Under the pieces are notes generated by a model. The model saw only the letters and a program-made list of their open reading frames with translations, was not told the origin of the DNA and did no database searches. A program made the translations under genes and the position numbers. This document shows, one piece after another, positions 29,889-40,639 of a DNA stretch of 64,000 bases (positions are counted from its first letter, which is position 1; every line of letters starts with the position of its first letter). The DNA comes from Candidatus Zhuqueibacterota bacterium. Its GTDB lineage: Bacteria; SM23-31; JBHPGK01. The DNA lies in NCBI GenBank assembly GCA_042570605.1, contig JBHPGK010000001.1:8644-72643 (forward strand), given 5' to 3'.

Positions 29889-30767
29889 TCACCACCCTAC
29901 ATACATAATTTCCCCGGTTAATGGATGACAGTAAATTGTAAAAGGGATCCATGGCTCTTCTCTATAATCCACATTTTGTAAATATTCGACAGCTTTAACC
30001 ACATAAATTAATATAGCATTACCTTCATATTTAGTTAAAACAGAGTAACCATCCTTAAATCGAAAGTTGTCATTCTCATTTAATATATATAATTGAGACC
30101 ATTCACCATAAACGGCTTGAGAAGTAATATTTTCAAGTATTTTTTCCTTATTAAAGTAAGGGGGAATTTCAAGGTATACATCAGGAATGAGATCATTCCT
30201 TATTCCTGATAAAAAGCCGTAACAGTCTAAACTTATATATAAACTTCTGTCATATAATATGTTAACAGGGATTCCATTGATTTTTTTCTGAATAAAACGA
30301 ACATTGATCGATCCTTCATCACCAAATGAAATCTCTTCAATCTCCAGGTTATTTGCATCACAACCAAAGAGATCTTCCCACTTATCAACAAAATGGGTTA
30401 TTCTATTAAAAACCACTGCGGTATCAGTACATGATAATGTATCTCTAAATATTCTCGGTTTATCTTTATCAGTTATATACACATTACCCAAATATGAAGA
30501 TATTATATTTGGATTGAATATCATTTCTAATCCTCTGCACTCATATTCAGATAAAAATTGATCCCATTTTTCATAAAATTTGTCTTTCCTTTCTTTATCA
30601 TATGTTATTATAGCCGGATTAGCAGGCAAATTATTTTCGCCTGTTGGTCCATACAGATCAGAACAAAAATTGAATAAAGTTATAAAAATAAACAGGGATG
30701 AAATCAGCCTATTAGATGAGAAAAACCTTCGGAAGAGTTTTAATACCCCTTGCATTTTTTTCTTCAC
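29889..30767 (-). CDS. Paralog 6 of the tandem lipoprotein family.
   Basis: It has an NFCS lipobox and WEDLFGCDANNLE and YCHPLTGEIM motifs. Confidence 0.55.
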   Translation of the reverse strand: MKKKMQGVLKLFRRFFSSNRLISSLFIFITLFNFCSDLYGPTGENNLPANPAIITYDKERKDKFYEKWDQFLSEYECRGLEMIFNPNIISSYLGNVYITDKDKPRIFRDTLSCTDTAVVFNRITHFVDKWEDLFGCDANNLEIEEISFGDEGSINVRFIQKKINGIPVNILYDRSLYISLDCYGFLSGIRNDLIPDVYLEIPPYFNKEKILENITSQAVYGEWSQLYILNENDNFRFKDGYSVLTKYEGNAILIYVVKAVEYLQNVDYREEPWIPFTIYCHPLTGEIMYVGW

Positions 30768-31372
30768 CCGGGTTAATTACGAAAAATAAGCCCTTCTAAT
30801 AATATAGACGAAAAAAAATTCAAAAGGTAAATATTATTTTTTATTTTTGTAATTGGTTTAGAGCGAACAGAACTGTCCGGTAAAAACAAAAATTTATTTT
30901 TACTATCATTGCGAAGCGTCCCGATCCCGCTAAGCGGGAGGGACATCGAAGCAATCTCACTGTTCGGAGAAACTGACGATAAGATTCTTCTCCCCCAAGT
31001 TCTCGGGGGAATATAGGATGGGCGTGGCTATTAATTACAGATTCTCAATCAACAGACTGTGTGAAAACGGTATAAAAATAAGTACAAACGTATCATGAAG
31101 GAGTTCCATCCCAAGAGTTGAGATAGGGATGACTGAAACAATCTCATAATATATTTAATAATAATACCTCAGCGGTGAGATTGCTTCGTTGCTACGCGCC
31201 TCGCTATGACAGTAAAAATATTAAAATTATATAAAATCCTGCATTTTCACACAGTCTGCAACTCGGGAATAACAGTATTTGACGCAATATCAAGTAAAAA
31301 CTGGTTTTCCAAAGAATAAATTGGGAAATTGGCCTAAATTTGTTAAATTGAATCTTTAAATTTTGAGGAGAT

Positions 31373-31771
31373 ATGGAAGTATTCTGCTGGGGACAGGAAA
31401 AACTTATAAACATCGAGTCCTGCTTCGATTGTAAGGATTCCGGTAAATGCAAACAATATCAGAAGGCGCTCACAAGGCATCCTGACAGAATTGCATCTTT
31501 GAAAAGAAAATGGACAAACAAGTCCCCACAGATAGAGATAATAATAAGGAGGAAAGAAATGTCAAAAAAATCCGATAAGAAATCTCAGTCTTCATCTAAA
31601 AAAGACCCGAAATATGCCTACTTTTATGACAAGAAAGGACAGGAAGTCTTTCACGTCGGGACTGAAAAGGATATACAGAAACTCTACCATTCAGGCGGGA
31701 GTGTCAGCAAGATATTCAAACTCGGCGATGAAATGGAAGTTATCGTAAAGCTGGTAAAGAAAAAAACCTGA
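31373..31771 (+). CDS. Hypothetical small basic protein (weak call).
   Basis: It is the only ORF in an otherwise non-coding, repeat-rich region, and has a K/S-rich middle. No recognisable motif. Confidence 0.2.
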   Translation: MEVFCWGQEKLINIESCFDCKDSGKCKQYQKALTRHPDRIASLKRKWTNKSPQIEIIIRRKEMSKKSDKKSQSSSKKDPKYAYFYDKKGQEVFHVGTEKDIQKLYHSGGSVSKIFKLGDEMEVIVKLVKKKT

Positions 31772-31807
31772 TATTCTAATTTAAAAAATTTTATAAAAAT
31801 TGAACGC

Positions 31808-34444
31808 TTAAAACCAGGCTTTTAATGTAACGATCCTTTTATTGGGAACATAAAGATTTACAGAATTACCTTTATTTATACTTAATTCTTCAATTTTATC
31901 TTCTTTAAGATCGACATTCTCAATTTTTTTCAGGTCTTTGTAAAATGTGATCTTCCCTTTGAGTTTCCTGTTCGATATATTGTAAAACCTGACAATAAGA
32001 GCTTCATCATTTTCAGCTCTTTTAATTGTGCTTACAACCAGTTCCTCAGGTTCAACTCTGACAAAACTCAGGTCCAGCGGCAGTTCACCATCAGACTTGT
32101 CAATGTTCTTGGTTATGATAGGCGAACAGGACTGAAAAGCCAGCTGATAGCTTTTCGATTCGAACAGGTCACCGTCATGAGGAATTATTGAATAATGAAA
32201 ATGATAATCGCCAAGACACTGAGCTTCCGGTGTGGGGATAGCGGGTCCCGCATGTCCTTTCCTTGTCATAAGGTCGTCCCTTGAAAGCCATCCGACTGAC
32301 CGCAGGAGTGTGATCATAATTGCGTGTTTGTTCTTATGGGGGACCATCTCATATTCTCTTAATCCTCTTGCAGCAACACATAAACCGAATTTCCCGTTAT
32401 TGATATCCACGAACTTGTGAAAATTCTTTGTCGGCGAGGGGGACTCCGCCCAGTCTTTTTTTACGGGGATGTCAATGTCCCTTTCAAGTACGGTAAAATG
32501 ACCCCCGGCAAATGCTTTCTGGACAGAAACATTAGCGGGGAAAGAAACCCTTATCCTGTGATCTTTTGCCTTGTTCGCAACCTCGGTACGGATATCTATT
32601 TTCCGGGATTCGGATTTCAGTGATATATATGAGGTAACCGGGCATATGACAATTTTGTTGCTTCTGGATTTCCTGTCCATCGATAGTGACGCAGGTATTG
32701 CAAGCTCTGAAGTTACTTTGAAGATCGCCTCAAGCTGATTAAACGACTGCAGACGCATTTTCACATTGCTCAGATTCGAGTAAAATTTAATCGAATTTTT
32801 TATTGGAGAATAATTATATTCATCACCGGCATCTTCTGAATCTTCAAACAGATTTAATCCTTCAAAGATTTTACCTGTTTTCTTATCGAGAATACTTAAT
32901 GAACCGTCCTTTTTTATTCTCAGGGAAAGAAATTTGTTTTCTGCTCCGTCTGATATTAGCTTAAGGTCGGTTTCAAGTGCTTCGGGTTCTCCTTCAAAAA
33001 TATCGAATACCCGGTAACCGCAGGGCGGAATATTTTTTGCCTTTAAAATAATGTCATCTTCTACAACATCCTCAAAATAATTCAGATCGACAACCGTCCG
33101 TTTATCTGATTTCAATTTCAGGTATTCCACCTCGTTCCCTTCGGAGTCAACGATCCTGTATACAAATTCGTTATCCGGTTTTGTTCTTTTAAATCGCACT
33201 TTCGCTCTTAACACATCCGTTATTTCCCAGTTATGCGGATTAAAAATAACAAACGGATCACCTTTCAGAGAAGATGTATTAATACCTTTTCCAAGATCAC
33301 TTATCGAATTCCTGAGCAGCCTGTTGGCGATCTGCAGGGACTGCTGAAATCTCGGCTGCATTTCCCTGTGGATCTGGTCAATGCCGCAGCCGCATATATC
33401 ATCATGAGGATGATTTTTCAAAAGCGTTTTCCATCCTTTTATCAGGAAATCATACGGGTATTCAGAACCGTTAACCCATGCAAACGCAGATATCGGTTCT
33501 ACATATTTCTCATACGTATTTTCTATTTTATCATTAAAAAGTTTCAAATAAACTCGGGTTGAATATACTCCCTGCAGAATAGAAGTGTTTTTACCGTAAG
33601 TTAACTCACCTGAAATCGATTCCAGGATCGGATCATCGGATATAACGGTTTCCTGGTATTCTTCAATTGATCCGTGTATAACTGTCATATCATTAAATTT
33701 CTTATTCGCCTTTTTAATGATCTCCGGGAGCTCCGGCTGCGGGAACTGGTGGTCAAATCCGTTATAAATGATCACATTGTTTGTGCGCAGGTGGGGGCTC
33801 AACTCATCCACTTCCTCTCTTATCTGTTTTAAAGCTTTATCAAAACTGAAATCAGCGGGATCAACATTTGAGAAAACTTTTCCATAGCCGAGGTTCGCCC
33901 CGTTCACATAGTGCCTGAACTGGTATAGTGCAAGTATTTCTGTACCGTCCGGGGTTTTCCAGACAAATTCAGTTCCCAACTGCTCGGCTTCATCACCCAT
34001 TCCTCTGGAAAAAACGACAGTAGGAAGGCCAAATCCCTTTAATATCTGGGGAAGCTGTTCAATATGACCGAATGAATCCGGAATATACCCGGCATTCAGG
34101 GGTTCACCAAATTCTTTTGAAACTTTGCGCCCTATCAGAAGGTTTCTTAACAGCGCCTCACCGCTTACAATAAATTCATCTGCCAAAACATACCAGGGGC
34201 CTATAAAGATCCTCTTCTTTTCTACAAGCTCTTTCAGTTTTTCCTTCATATAGGGTTTTACAGCGAGGTAATCCTCGAGTAAAATTGTCTGACCATCAAG
34301 CATAAAAGACTTGTATTCCGGATCCTTCTCGAGTATATCGACAAGGTAATCGATCATTTCGACAAGTTTCATCCTGTAATCCTGAAAAGGAAGATACCAA
34401 GCCCTGTCCCAATGAGTATGGGGGACAATAAAGACCTTTAACAT
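31808..34444 (-). CDS. Glycoside hydrolase family 38 alpha-mannosidase.
   Basis: It has the GH38 N-terminal signature VPHTHWDRAWY, and its 878 aa length is consistent. Confidence 0.8.
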   Translation of the reverse strand: MLKVFIVPHTHWDRAWYLPFQDYRMKLVEMIDYLVDILEKDPEYKSFMLDGQTILLEDYLAVKPYMKEKLKELVEKKRIFIGPWYVLADEFIVSGEALLRNLLIGRKVSKEFGEPLNAGYIPDSFGHIEQLPQILKGFGLPTVVFSRGMGDEAEQLGTEFVWKTPDGTEILALYQFRHYVNGANLGYGKVFSNVDPADFSFDKALKQIREEVDELSPHLRTNNVIIYNGFDHQFPQPELPEIIKKANKKFNDMTVIHGSIEEYQETVISDDPILESISGELTYGKNTSILQGVYSTRVYLKLFNDKIENTYEKYVEPISAFAWVNGSEYPYDFLIKGWKTLLKNHPHDDICGCGIDQIHREMQPRFQQSLQIANRLLRNSISDLGKGINTSSLKGDPFVIFNPHNWEITDVLRAKVRFKRTKPDNEFVYRIVDSEGNEVEYLKLKSDKRTVVDLNYFEDVVEDDIILKAKNIPPCGYRVFDIFEGEPEALETDLKLISDGAENKFLSLRIKKDGSLSILDKKTGKIFEGLNLFEDSEDAGDEYNYSPIKNSIKFYSNLSNVKMRLQSFNQLEAIFKVTSELAIPASLSMDRKSRSNKIVICPVTSYISLKSESRKIDIRTEVANKAKDHRIRVSFPANVSVQKAFAGGHFTVLERDIDIPVKKDWAESPSPTKNFHKFVDINNGKFGLCVAARGLREYEMVPHKNKHAIMITLLRSVGWLSRDDLMTRKGHAGPAIPTPEAQCLGDYHFHYSIIPHDGDLFESKSYQLAFQSCSPIITKNIDKSDGELPLDLSFVRVEPEELVVSTIKRAENDEALIVRFYNISNRKLKGKITFYKDLKKIENVDLKEDKIEELSINKGNSVNLYVPNKRIVTLKAWF

Positions 34445-35679
34445 AATTGGAATCTCCTATTACATAATAAAATAAAATTAGCTCACAAACGAGAGTTCTA
34501 GCACATATAAAATTATAAACTTCAGGAGAATCAAGTTAGTAGTAGTTACCATAAGAAAGTTAAAAAAAATATTTTCCGTTGTCAAATGATTTTATTTTAA
34601 ATTTTTTCTTTTTTTTACACTTGTGTCCGGCAATTATTAAATAGGGATTTTTCTCCAGGTAAACCGGTACTGGAATAACACAGAAGTTGAGGTCCTTAAC
34701 GTCATTCTGAACGCAGTGAAGAATCTCACTGCAAACAGCTTCGAACAGTAGGATTGCGTACTCGTCGCGCAAAAGGTAGTGACTTCCCCGAGCAATCTCA
34801 CCGATAAGGTATTGTCATTAATTTAGTTATGAGATTACTTCAGCCATTCCGACACATCGAGACTCCTTCGTAATAACACCTCTGTACATGTTTTTTACAG
34901 TTTTTTCACAAAGGGACTACTTCGTAGCACAAAGTGATCACTTCGTGATAGGATCTCATAAATAGAAGAGAAGATTCCGATCCCGAACATTCTGGACGGA
35001 ATGACAGTTCTGCACTTTAATCGCTTTGAAAAACGAGTTGGGAAACACGCCCGCAGGCTGGAATGACGGATAAGTACTTCTTTTTAACATTAACAAGAAT
35101 GTTCCATCCTGAGAACACGGATAAATGGTCTTAAAATACATCAAGAAATAAAGGTAGAACAAGTATCTACTCTATCAAAAATTGGAATAATTAAAAAATT
35201 GAAAAGGTTCAGTATGGAAAGAAAAATTTGGACAACCCCCAAAATTTACATGGTTATAAGGTATATCTTATTGATAATGTAAATACTTATGGGAAATATA
35301 GACATGAAAAATAATTGAAGCGAAGATGTCATTATCCGCCAGAGGTGGATCCCGCCATCTGCGGGACGAGGAGCGAAGCGACGTAGTAATCTGCCGGGAT
35401 TTTAGGATTTGTCTTTGTGGTAGTAGATTGCTTCTCCCGGTAAACCGGGATCGCAATGACATTTATGCCGTGGCAGGAGATTCTCCCCAGCACTCGGGTC
35501 CCCGGAATTACAGCCATTATTAAAAAATGGGGGTAGTCCAATAAGGAAATAAAAATATCTTGATTAAATGATATTTTTATGTTAATATTAAATTTTAAAA
35601 TCAGCATATCTAACTACATGAATATTAATAAGTTATAACCCAAACGCATAATACAGGTACAATTTCCCCGGAGGGATTA

Positions 35680-36729
35680 ATGTCTGAAAAAATGAAAGCA
35701 GTTGCAAAAACGAAAAGTTCACCCGGAGCAGAACTAATTGAAACGGCTATTCCGGAGGTCAGAGAGGATGAAGTCCTTGTTAAAGTTAAGGCAACATCGA
35801 TTTGCGGCAGTGATGTCCATATTTATAATTGGGACAATTGGGCTCAAAGCAGGGTCAAAACTTTTCCCAGAATAATGGGGCATGAATTCGCAGGTGAAGT
35901 TGTTGAAGTGGGAAATAATGTAAAAAAGATCAAGGCGGGAGATCTCATATCTGCAGAAACCCATATCCCCTGCCAGAGCTGTATTCAGTGCCTGACAGGA
36001 CAGATGCATATCTGCGGAAACCTGAAAATACTGAGCCTCGACACCAACGGATGTTTTGCCGAATATGCTGTCGTTCCGGAGATCGTCTGCTGGGTAAATG
36101 ACAAAAGCATCCCATTTGAATTCGCAAGTGTTCAGGAACCTTTGGGAAATGCAGTTTACTGCTCACTTGTGGAACCGGTTACCGGAAAAACTGTCCTGAT
36201 TATGGGAGACGGACCCACCTCCCTTTTTGCAGCGGGTGTCTGTAAAGTGGCAGGAGCATCACAGGTTTACGTCGTAGGTTTAAGCCCTTACAGGCTGGAG
36301 ATCGCAAAAAAAATGGGTGCAGACCTTGTACTGAATAATAAAACAGACAATACTGTTGAAATAATACTGGACAAAACTGACGGCGTTGGTGTAGATGTTG
36401 TACTCGAAATGGCAGGTGCACAGGAAACAATCACACAGGGATTTCAACTGGTCAGGAAAGGAGGCAGATTTTCAGCATTCGGTATTGCTGCAAAACCTGT
36501 TGAACTCGATATAAATAATGCAGTAATTTTTAAGGGGGTTACCGTTTATGGTATCAACGGGCGGCTAATGTTTGATACCTGGTTCAAAGTAAGAAATCTT
36601 CTTGCTTCAAAAAAGCTGGATATCTCGCCCGTTGTCACCCATAAGCTCAAACTGGAGGACTTCGAAAAGGGATTTGACCTTATGCGGACTTTTCCTCAGA
36701 AATGCGGTAAGGTCGTCTTGTTCCCTTAG
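35680..36729 (+). CDS. tdh: L-threonine 3-dehydrogenase.
   Basis: It is a Zn-ADH fold with ICGSDVHIYNWDNW and GHEFAGEVVEVG. It is close to E. coli Tdh throughout and has a GGAGG SD. Confidence 0.9.
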   Translation: MSEKMKAVAKTKSSPGAELIETAIPEVREDEVLVKVKATSICGSDVHIYNWDNWAQSRVKTFPRIMGHEFAGEVVEVGNNVKKIKAGDLISAETHIPCQSCIQCLTGQMHICGNLKILSLDTNGCFAEYAVVPEIVCWVNDKSIPFEFASVQEPLGNAVYCSLVEPVTGKTVLIMGDGPTSLFAAGVCKVAGASQVYVVGLSPYRLEIAKKMGADLVLNNKTDNTVEIILDKTDGVGVDVVLEMAGAQETITQGFQLVRKGGRFSAFGIAAKPVELDINNAVIFKGVTVYGINGRLMFDTWFKVRNLLASKKLDISPVVTHKLKLEDFEKGFDLMRTFPQKCGKVVLFP

Positions 36730-36765
36730 GGTAAACAGAACATCATAAAAAACGGGGGGAATCTC

Positions 36766-37974
36766 ATGTACGGTAAATTTAAAAGGTTTCTTTTAACTGA
36801 ATTGGAAACTATTAAAAATGCCGGTTTATACAAAGAAGAAAGGGTATTAACTTCTCAGCAGGGTGTCCAGATTGAAACCGACAAAGGATTAAAAGTCTTA
36901 AATTTTTGTGCTAATAATTATCTTGGTCTTTCAACTGATCCAAGAGTCATTTCTGCCGCTGAAAAAGTCTGCAAAAAATGGGGCTATGGTTTATCATCTG
37001 TAAGATTCATTTGCGGTACTCAACAGGTTCATAAGGAATTAGAAAAAAAATTGAGCGAATTCCTGAGTACAGAAGACACTTTATTATATTCCTCATGTTA
37101 CGATGCAAACGGCGGAGTATTTGAACCGCTGCTTAATGAAGATTGTGCAATAATCTCAGACGAACTTAATCATGCTTCAATTATCGATGGCGTCAGGTTA
37201 TGCAAAGCAAAACGTTTCAGGTATAAAAACAATAACATGAGCGACCTTGAAGACAAGATCAAGGAAGCGGCGGATTCAAAATATAAGATCATTGCGACTG
37301 ACGGTGTATTCTCTATGGACGGCATTATTGCTAAAGTAGATGAAATTTGTGACCTTGCAGATAAATACGACGCAATGGTCCTGGTCGATGACTCCCATGC
37401 TACAGGTTTTATAGGACAATCGGGAAGAGGAAGCCATGAACACTGCGGAGCCGTAGGAAGAGTGGATATAATTACCACAACTTTCGGCAAAGCCCTGGGA
37501 GGAGCATCCGGGGGATGCGTATCCGGAAGAAAAGAAATAATTGAATATTTAAGACAGAAATCCCGGCCTTATCTCTTTTCAAATTCTCTCGCCCCGATTA
37601 TCGCCGGTACAACCCTGGAAGTACTCGATATGCTCTCAAATACCACAGAATTAAGAGACAAACTTGAGGAAAACACAAAATATTTCAGAAAAGGCATTGA
37701 AGACTCCGGTTTTAAGATCGTGCCGGGTAATCACCCCATTGTCCCTATATTATTCGGTCATCTGCCGGACGATGCAAAACTCGCTCGTGATTTTGCCGGT
37801 GAAATGTTGAAAGAAGGTATTTATGTTATTGGATTTTCCTATCCTGTGGTGCCTAAAGGGAAGTCCAGAATCAGAGTTCAGATCAGTGCAATGCATACAA
37901 AAGAGCATATTGACTTTGCAATTGATAAATTTATTAAAACAGGAAACAAATTTGATATTTGGAATAGGAATTGA
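36766..37974 (+). CDS. kbl: Glycine C-acetyltransferase (2-amino-3-ketobutyrate CoA ligase).
   Basis: NFCANNYLGL, SVRFICGTQ, ATDGVFSMDG and TFGKALGG (PLP Lys) are present. It matches E. coli Kbl closely across its length. Confidence 0.9.
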   Translation: MYGKFKRFLLTELETIKNAGLYKEERVLTSQQGVQIETDKGLKVLNFCANNYLGLSTDPRVISAAEKVCKKWGYGLSSVRFICGTQQVHKELEKKLSEFLSTEDTLLYSSCYDANGGVFEPLLNEDCAIISDELNHASIIDGVRLCKAKRFRYKNNNMSDLEDKIKEAADSKYKIIATDGVFSMDGIIAKVDEICDLADKYDAMVLVDDSHATGFIGQSGRGSHEHCGAVGRVDIITTTFGKALGGASGGCVSGRKEIIEYLRQKSRPYLFSNSLAPIIAGTTLEVLDMLSNTTELRDKLEENTKYFRKGIEDSGFKIVPGNHPIVPILFGHLPDDAKLARDFAGEMLKEGIYVIGFSYPVVPKGKSRIRVQISAMHTKEHIDFAIDKFIKTGNKFDIWNRN

Positions 37975-38344
37975 TATAATAGAAATAGACAGGATTTCAC
38001 GCGAACTCTCAAAAGACAACGGTTTCAAAGAAAAAATATATACTTCACTGGAAATCGAGACCGGAGAATCCTTTGACAATCCGGCAAAGTACTTCGCCGG
38101 ATGTTTTAGTGCAAAAGAAGCTTTTTTCAAGGCACTGGGTACCGGATGGCGCTATGGAATGACATTTAAAGAGATAGAGACATTCCAGGAAAATGAAAAA
38201 ACATTAAGCCTGAGGGTATCCGGAAAAGCAAAAGATTTTATTAACAATAATCTGATAAAAAAGACATGTATCACTCTGGCAATTACAGATAAATTTGCTG
38301 CCGCCCTGGTTGTTTTGGAGCTTGAGGATACAGAAGACCGCTGA
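37952..38344 (+). CDS. acpS: Holo-[acyl-carrier-protein] synthase (4'-phosphopantetheinyl transferase).
   Basis: GIGIDIIEIDRI...FSAKEAFFKALGTG matches AcpS. The track ORF begins inside kbl, so the real start is probably the TTG/ATA region near 37952. Confidence 0.65.
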   Translation: MIFGIGIDIIEIDRISRELSKDNGFKEKIYTSLEIETGESFDNPAKYFAGCFSAKEAFFKALGTGWRYGMTFKEIETFQENEKTLSLRVSGKAKDFINNNLIKKTCITLAITDKFAAALVVLELEDTEDR

Positions 38345-38506
38345 CATTCATTTTTTCCCTTCACTTCGAAAATCTTCATTAAGTGATAAAAATCACAATA
38401 TTTGTTAATATTTTCACAATATTTCTTGTTATAAAAAGTATTTTTTTTTAACTTACTATCCTTTTTCATTAATCAAACCCGGAGTAGAATAAACAGGGAG
38501 AAGCAA

Positions 38507-40213
38507 ATGTCAAATATCGGTTCATATGATGAAATAATTAAGGATTTTAAATGGTCAATATCGGAGAGTGAACTTGGTTACAATAATGGTGACGTTATAA
38601 ATATCGGCTGGTATTGTTCCGACAGAGTATGTAAAATGGGAAAATCTGAAAAAACTGCGCTGATCTGGGAAGGACACGGAGGGATTGAAAAAAGTTACAC
38701 TTTTAATGATGTCAGGCTTGCCAGTAATACAATTGGCGATTTTCTAAGAAACACCGGTGTAAAAGAAGAAGACCGGGTCTGCCTGTTTATGGACAGGATA
38801 CCTGAGCTTTACCTGGGATTTTTAGGTATTTTAAAGATCGGAGCCATTGCACAGCCTCTGTTTTCTGCATTTGGAGATGAATCACTATTCGTCAGGCTGG
38901 AAAATGCGCAAACGAGGGCAATTATTACCCAGAGAAAGCATGTTTCAAAGGTCAGAAAAATCATAGACAGGCTGCCTTTTCTCGAATATATCATTATCGT
39001 GGATCATGACGGAAAAAAGCTGCTACAGGAAAGGGAAATAACATTCTCCCTTGCCGAGGCTGAACCTGTCGAAGACCTGGAAATTTATCCTGCAAAGGCA
39101 GAGTCGCCGTCAGTTCTTCATTATACATCCGGTACCACCGGACAGCCTAAAGGAGTACAGAATGTCCATTATTCACTAATTTCACAATATCTTACCACAA
39201 AATGGGTCCTGGACCTGAGGGATGAGGACATATACTGGTGTACTGCCGACCCGGGATGGGTAACAGGGACCTCTTACGGTATAATCGGTCCATGGAGCAT
39301 GGGTATCACACAATGTGTTCTCGATGCCGGTTTTTCTGCGGATACATGGTATAAATTTATTGAAAAAAACAGGATAACCGTATGGTATTCAGCACCTACC
39401 GCGATCCGGTCGTTGATGAAAGCAGGTGAAGAAATTGTCAGACAGTATGATCTGTCTTCTCTGAGGCATCTTGCAAGTGTAGGAGAACCTCTTAATGCCG
39501 AAGCTGTCGTCTGGTCGGAAAAAGTGTTCAACAGACCATTTCTGGACACTTACTGGCAGACCGAAACAGGCTCGATCATGCTCACGAATTTCCCGGGTAT
39601 GAAGGTAAAACCCGGTTCCATGGGGAAATCATTTCCCGGTATCACTGCCGCAGTTCTTGATCCGGAAACTTTTGAACCTATCACCGAACCCGGAAGAATT
39701 GGTTTAATAGGATTTAAACCTGGGTGGCCTGCGATGATGAGAGGTTACTGGAACAATGAAGAAACTTACAGAAAAAAATTCGAGAATGGCTGGTATATCC
39801 CTGGTGACAGGTCAAGTATAGATAATGAGGGTTATTTCTGGTTCTCAGGCAGAGATGATGATGTTATAAATACCGGAGGACACCTTGTGAGTCCATTTGA
39901 AGTGGAATCTGCACTGCTTGAACATGAAGCTGTTGCCGAGTCGGCTGTTGTAGCCAAACCTGATGAAGTTAATATGGAAGTTGTAAAAGCCTTTGTTACT
40001 TTAAAACCGGGTTTTGAGGCAAATGCAGACCTCGAATTAAAGATTATGAACTTTATTCGAAAGAAGCTTTCTCCACTGGCAATGCCTCAGGAAATCGAAT
40101 ATGTCGATTCCCTTCCTAAAACAAGGAGCGGAAAAATAATGAGGAGACTGCTTAGGGCGAAGGAATGGGGAGAAGAAACTGGAGATACTTCCACACTCGA
40201 GGATGATGAATAG
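38507..40213 (+). CDS. Acs-family (acetyl/propionyl-CoA synthetase-like) AMP-forming ligase.
   Basis: YTSGTTGQPKGV, YWQTETG and a C-terminal LPKTRSGKIMRRLLR are present. These are hallmarks of the acetyl-CoA synthetase subfamily rather than long-chain FadD. Confidence 0.8.
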   Translation: MSNIGSYDEIIKDFKWSISESELGYNNGDVINIGWYCSDRVCKMGKSEKTALIWEGHGGIEKSYTFNDVRLASNTIGDFLRNTGVKEEDRVCLFMDRIPELYLGFLGILKIGAIAQPLFSAFGDESLFVRLENAQTRAIITQRKHVSKVRKIIDRLPFLEYIIIVDHDGKKLLQEREITFSLAEAEPVEDLEIYPAKAESPSVLHYTSGTTGQPKGVQNVHYSLISQYLTTKWVLDLRDEDIYWCTADPGWVTGTSYGIIGPWSMGITQCVLDAGFSADTWYKFIEKNRITVWYSAPTAIRSLMKAGEEIVRQYDLSSLRHLASVGEPLNAEAVVWSEKVFNRPFLDTYWQTETGSIMLTNFPGMKVKPGSMGKSFPGITAAVLDPETFEPITEPGRIGLIGFKPGWPAMMRGYWNNEETYRKKFENGWYIPGDRSSIDNEGYFWFSGRDDDVINTGGHLVSPFEVESALLEHEAVAESAVVAKPDEVNMEVVKAFVTLKPGFEANADLELKIMNFIRKKLSPLAMPQEIEYVDSLPKTRSGKIMRRLLRAKEWGEETGDTSTLEDDE

Positions 40214-40306
40214 AAGAAGGAAGGCTGAGGCTAAGACTAAGGCTGAGAAAATACCCGGAATATTAAATGAAAAATATATATAACTGTTTAATAAAGGAGA
40301 CATAAA

Positions 40307-40555
40307 ATGGACGATATGAAGGATGTAGTATTAGAATATGTAATAGAAGAATACGTAGAAGATGAAGATGAGGAAATCACTTATGACTCTCCCCTTATAT
40401 CAGGAGGAATTGTTGATTCATTCTCGATGGTCTCTCTGAAAAGATTCCTGGAAAATAAATACAGCATCTCGATACCGGATGAAAAGGCAACCCCGGAAGC
40501 TTTTGATACGGTGAACAGTATTGTTTTGCTGGTAAATGAATTTTTAAATAAATAG
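40307..40555 (+). CDS. Small acidic carrier protein (DltC/aminoacyl-carrier-like ACP, 82 aa).
   Basis: GGIVDSFSMVSLKRFLE resembles the DltC GIIDSFQTVGLL phosphopantetheine-attachment site. It has an acidic N-terminus. Confidence 0.6.
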   Translation: MDDMKDVVLEYVIEEYVEDEDEEITYDSPLISGGIVDSFSMVSLKRFLENKYSISIPDEKATPEAFDTVNSIVLLVNEFLNK

Positions 40556-40639
40556 TAAAGATAATCAACCCGGATACCATAAAAAAACGAATTAAAGATA
40601 TATACTAAATTTAAATTCAATTCATTCAGGAGATAAATT

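Noticed and set aside
25597-30767. Reading the paralogs' C-terminal HPETG as an LPXTG sortase sorting signal.
   Set aside because: No hydrophobic segment or charged tail follows. The proteins end 6-10 aa later, and the organism appears diderm.
31204-31452. A minus-strand 82-aa ORF in the repeat region downstream of the paralog array.
   Set aside because: It overlaps the palindromic repeats and the start of the plus-strand ORF. It has no motif.
34560-35607. Short ORFs in the 1.2-kb non-coding block: 34560-34772, 34956-35162, 35268-35462, 35326-35523 and 35332-35607.
   Set aside because: They overlap one another and the dispersed palindromic repeats. They have no RBS, and their composition is dictated by the repeats.
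37823-37951. The N-terminal 43 aa of track ORF 37823-38344, which would give a long AcpS.
   Set aside because: This part overlaps the 3' end of kbl in another frame. The AcpS homology begins at IFGIGIDIIEI, so a start near 37952 is preferred.
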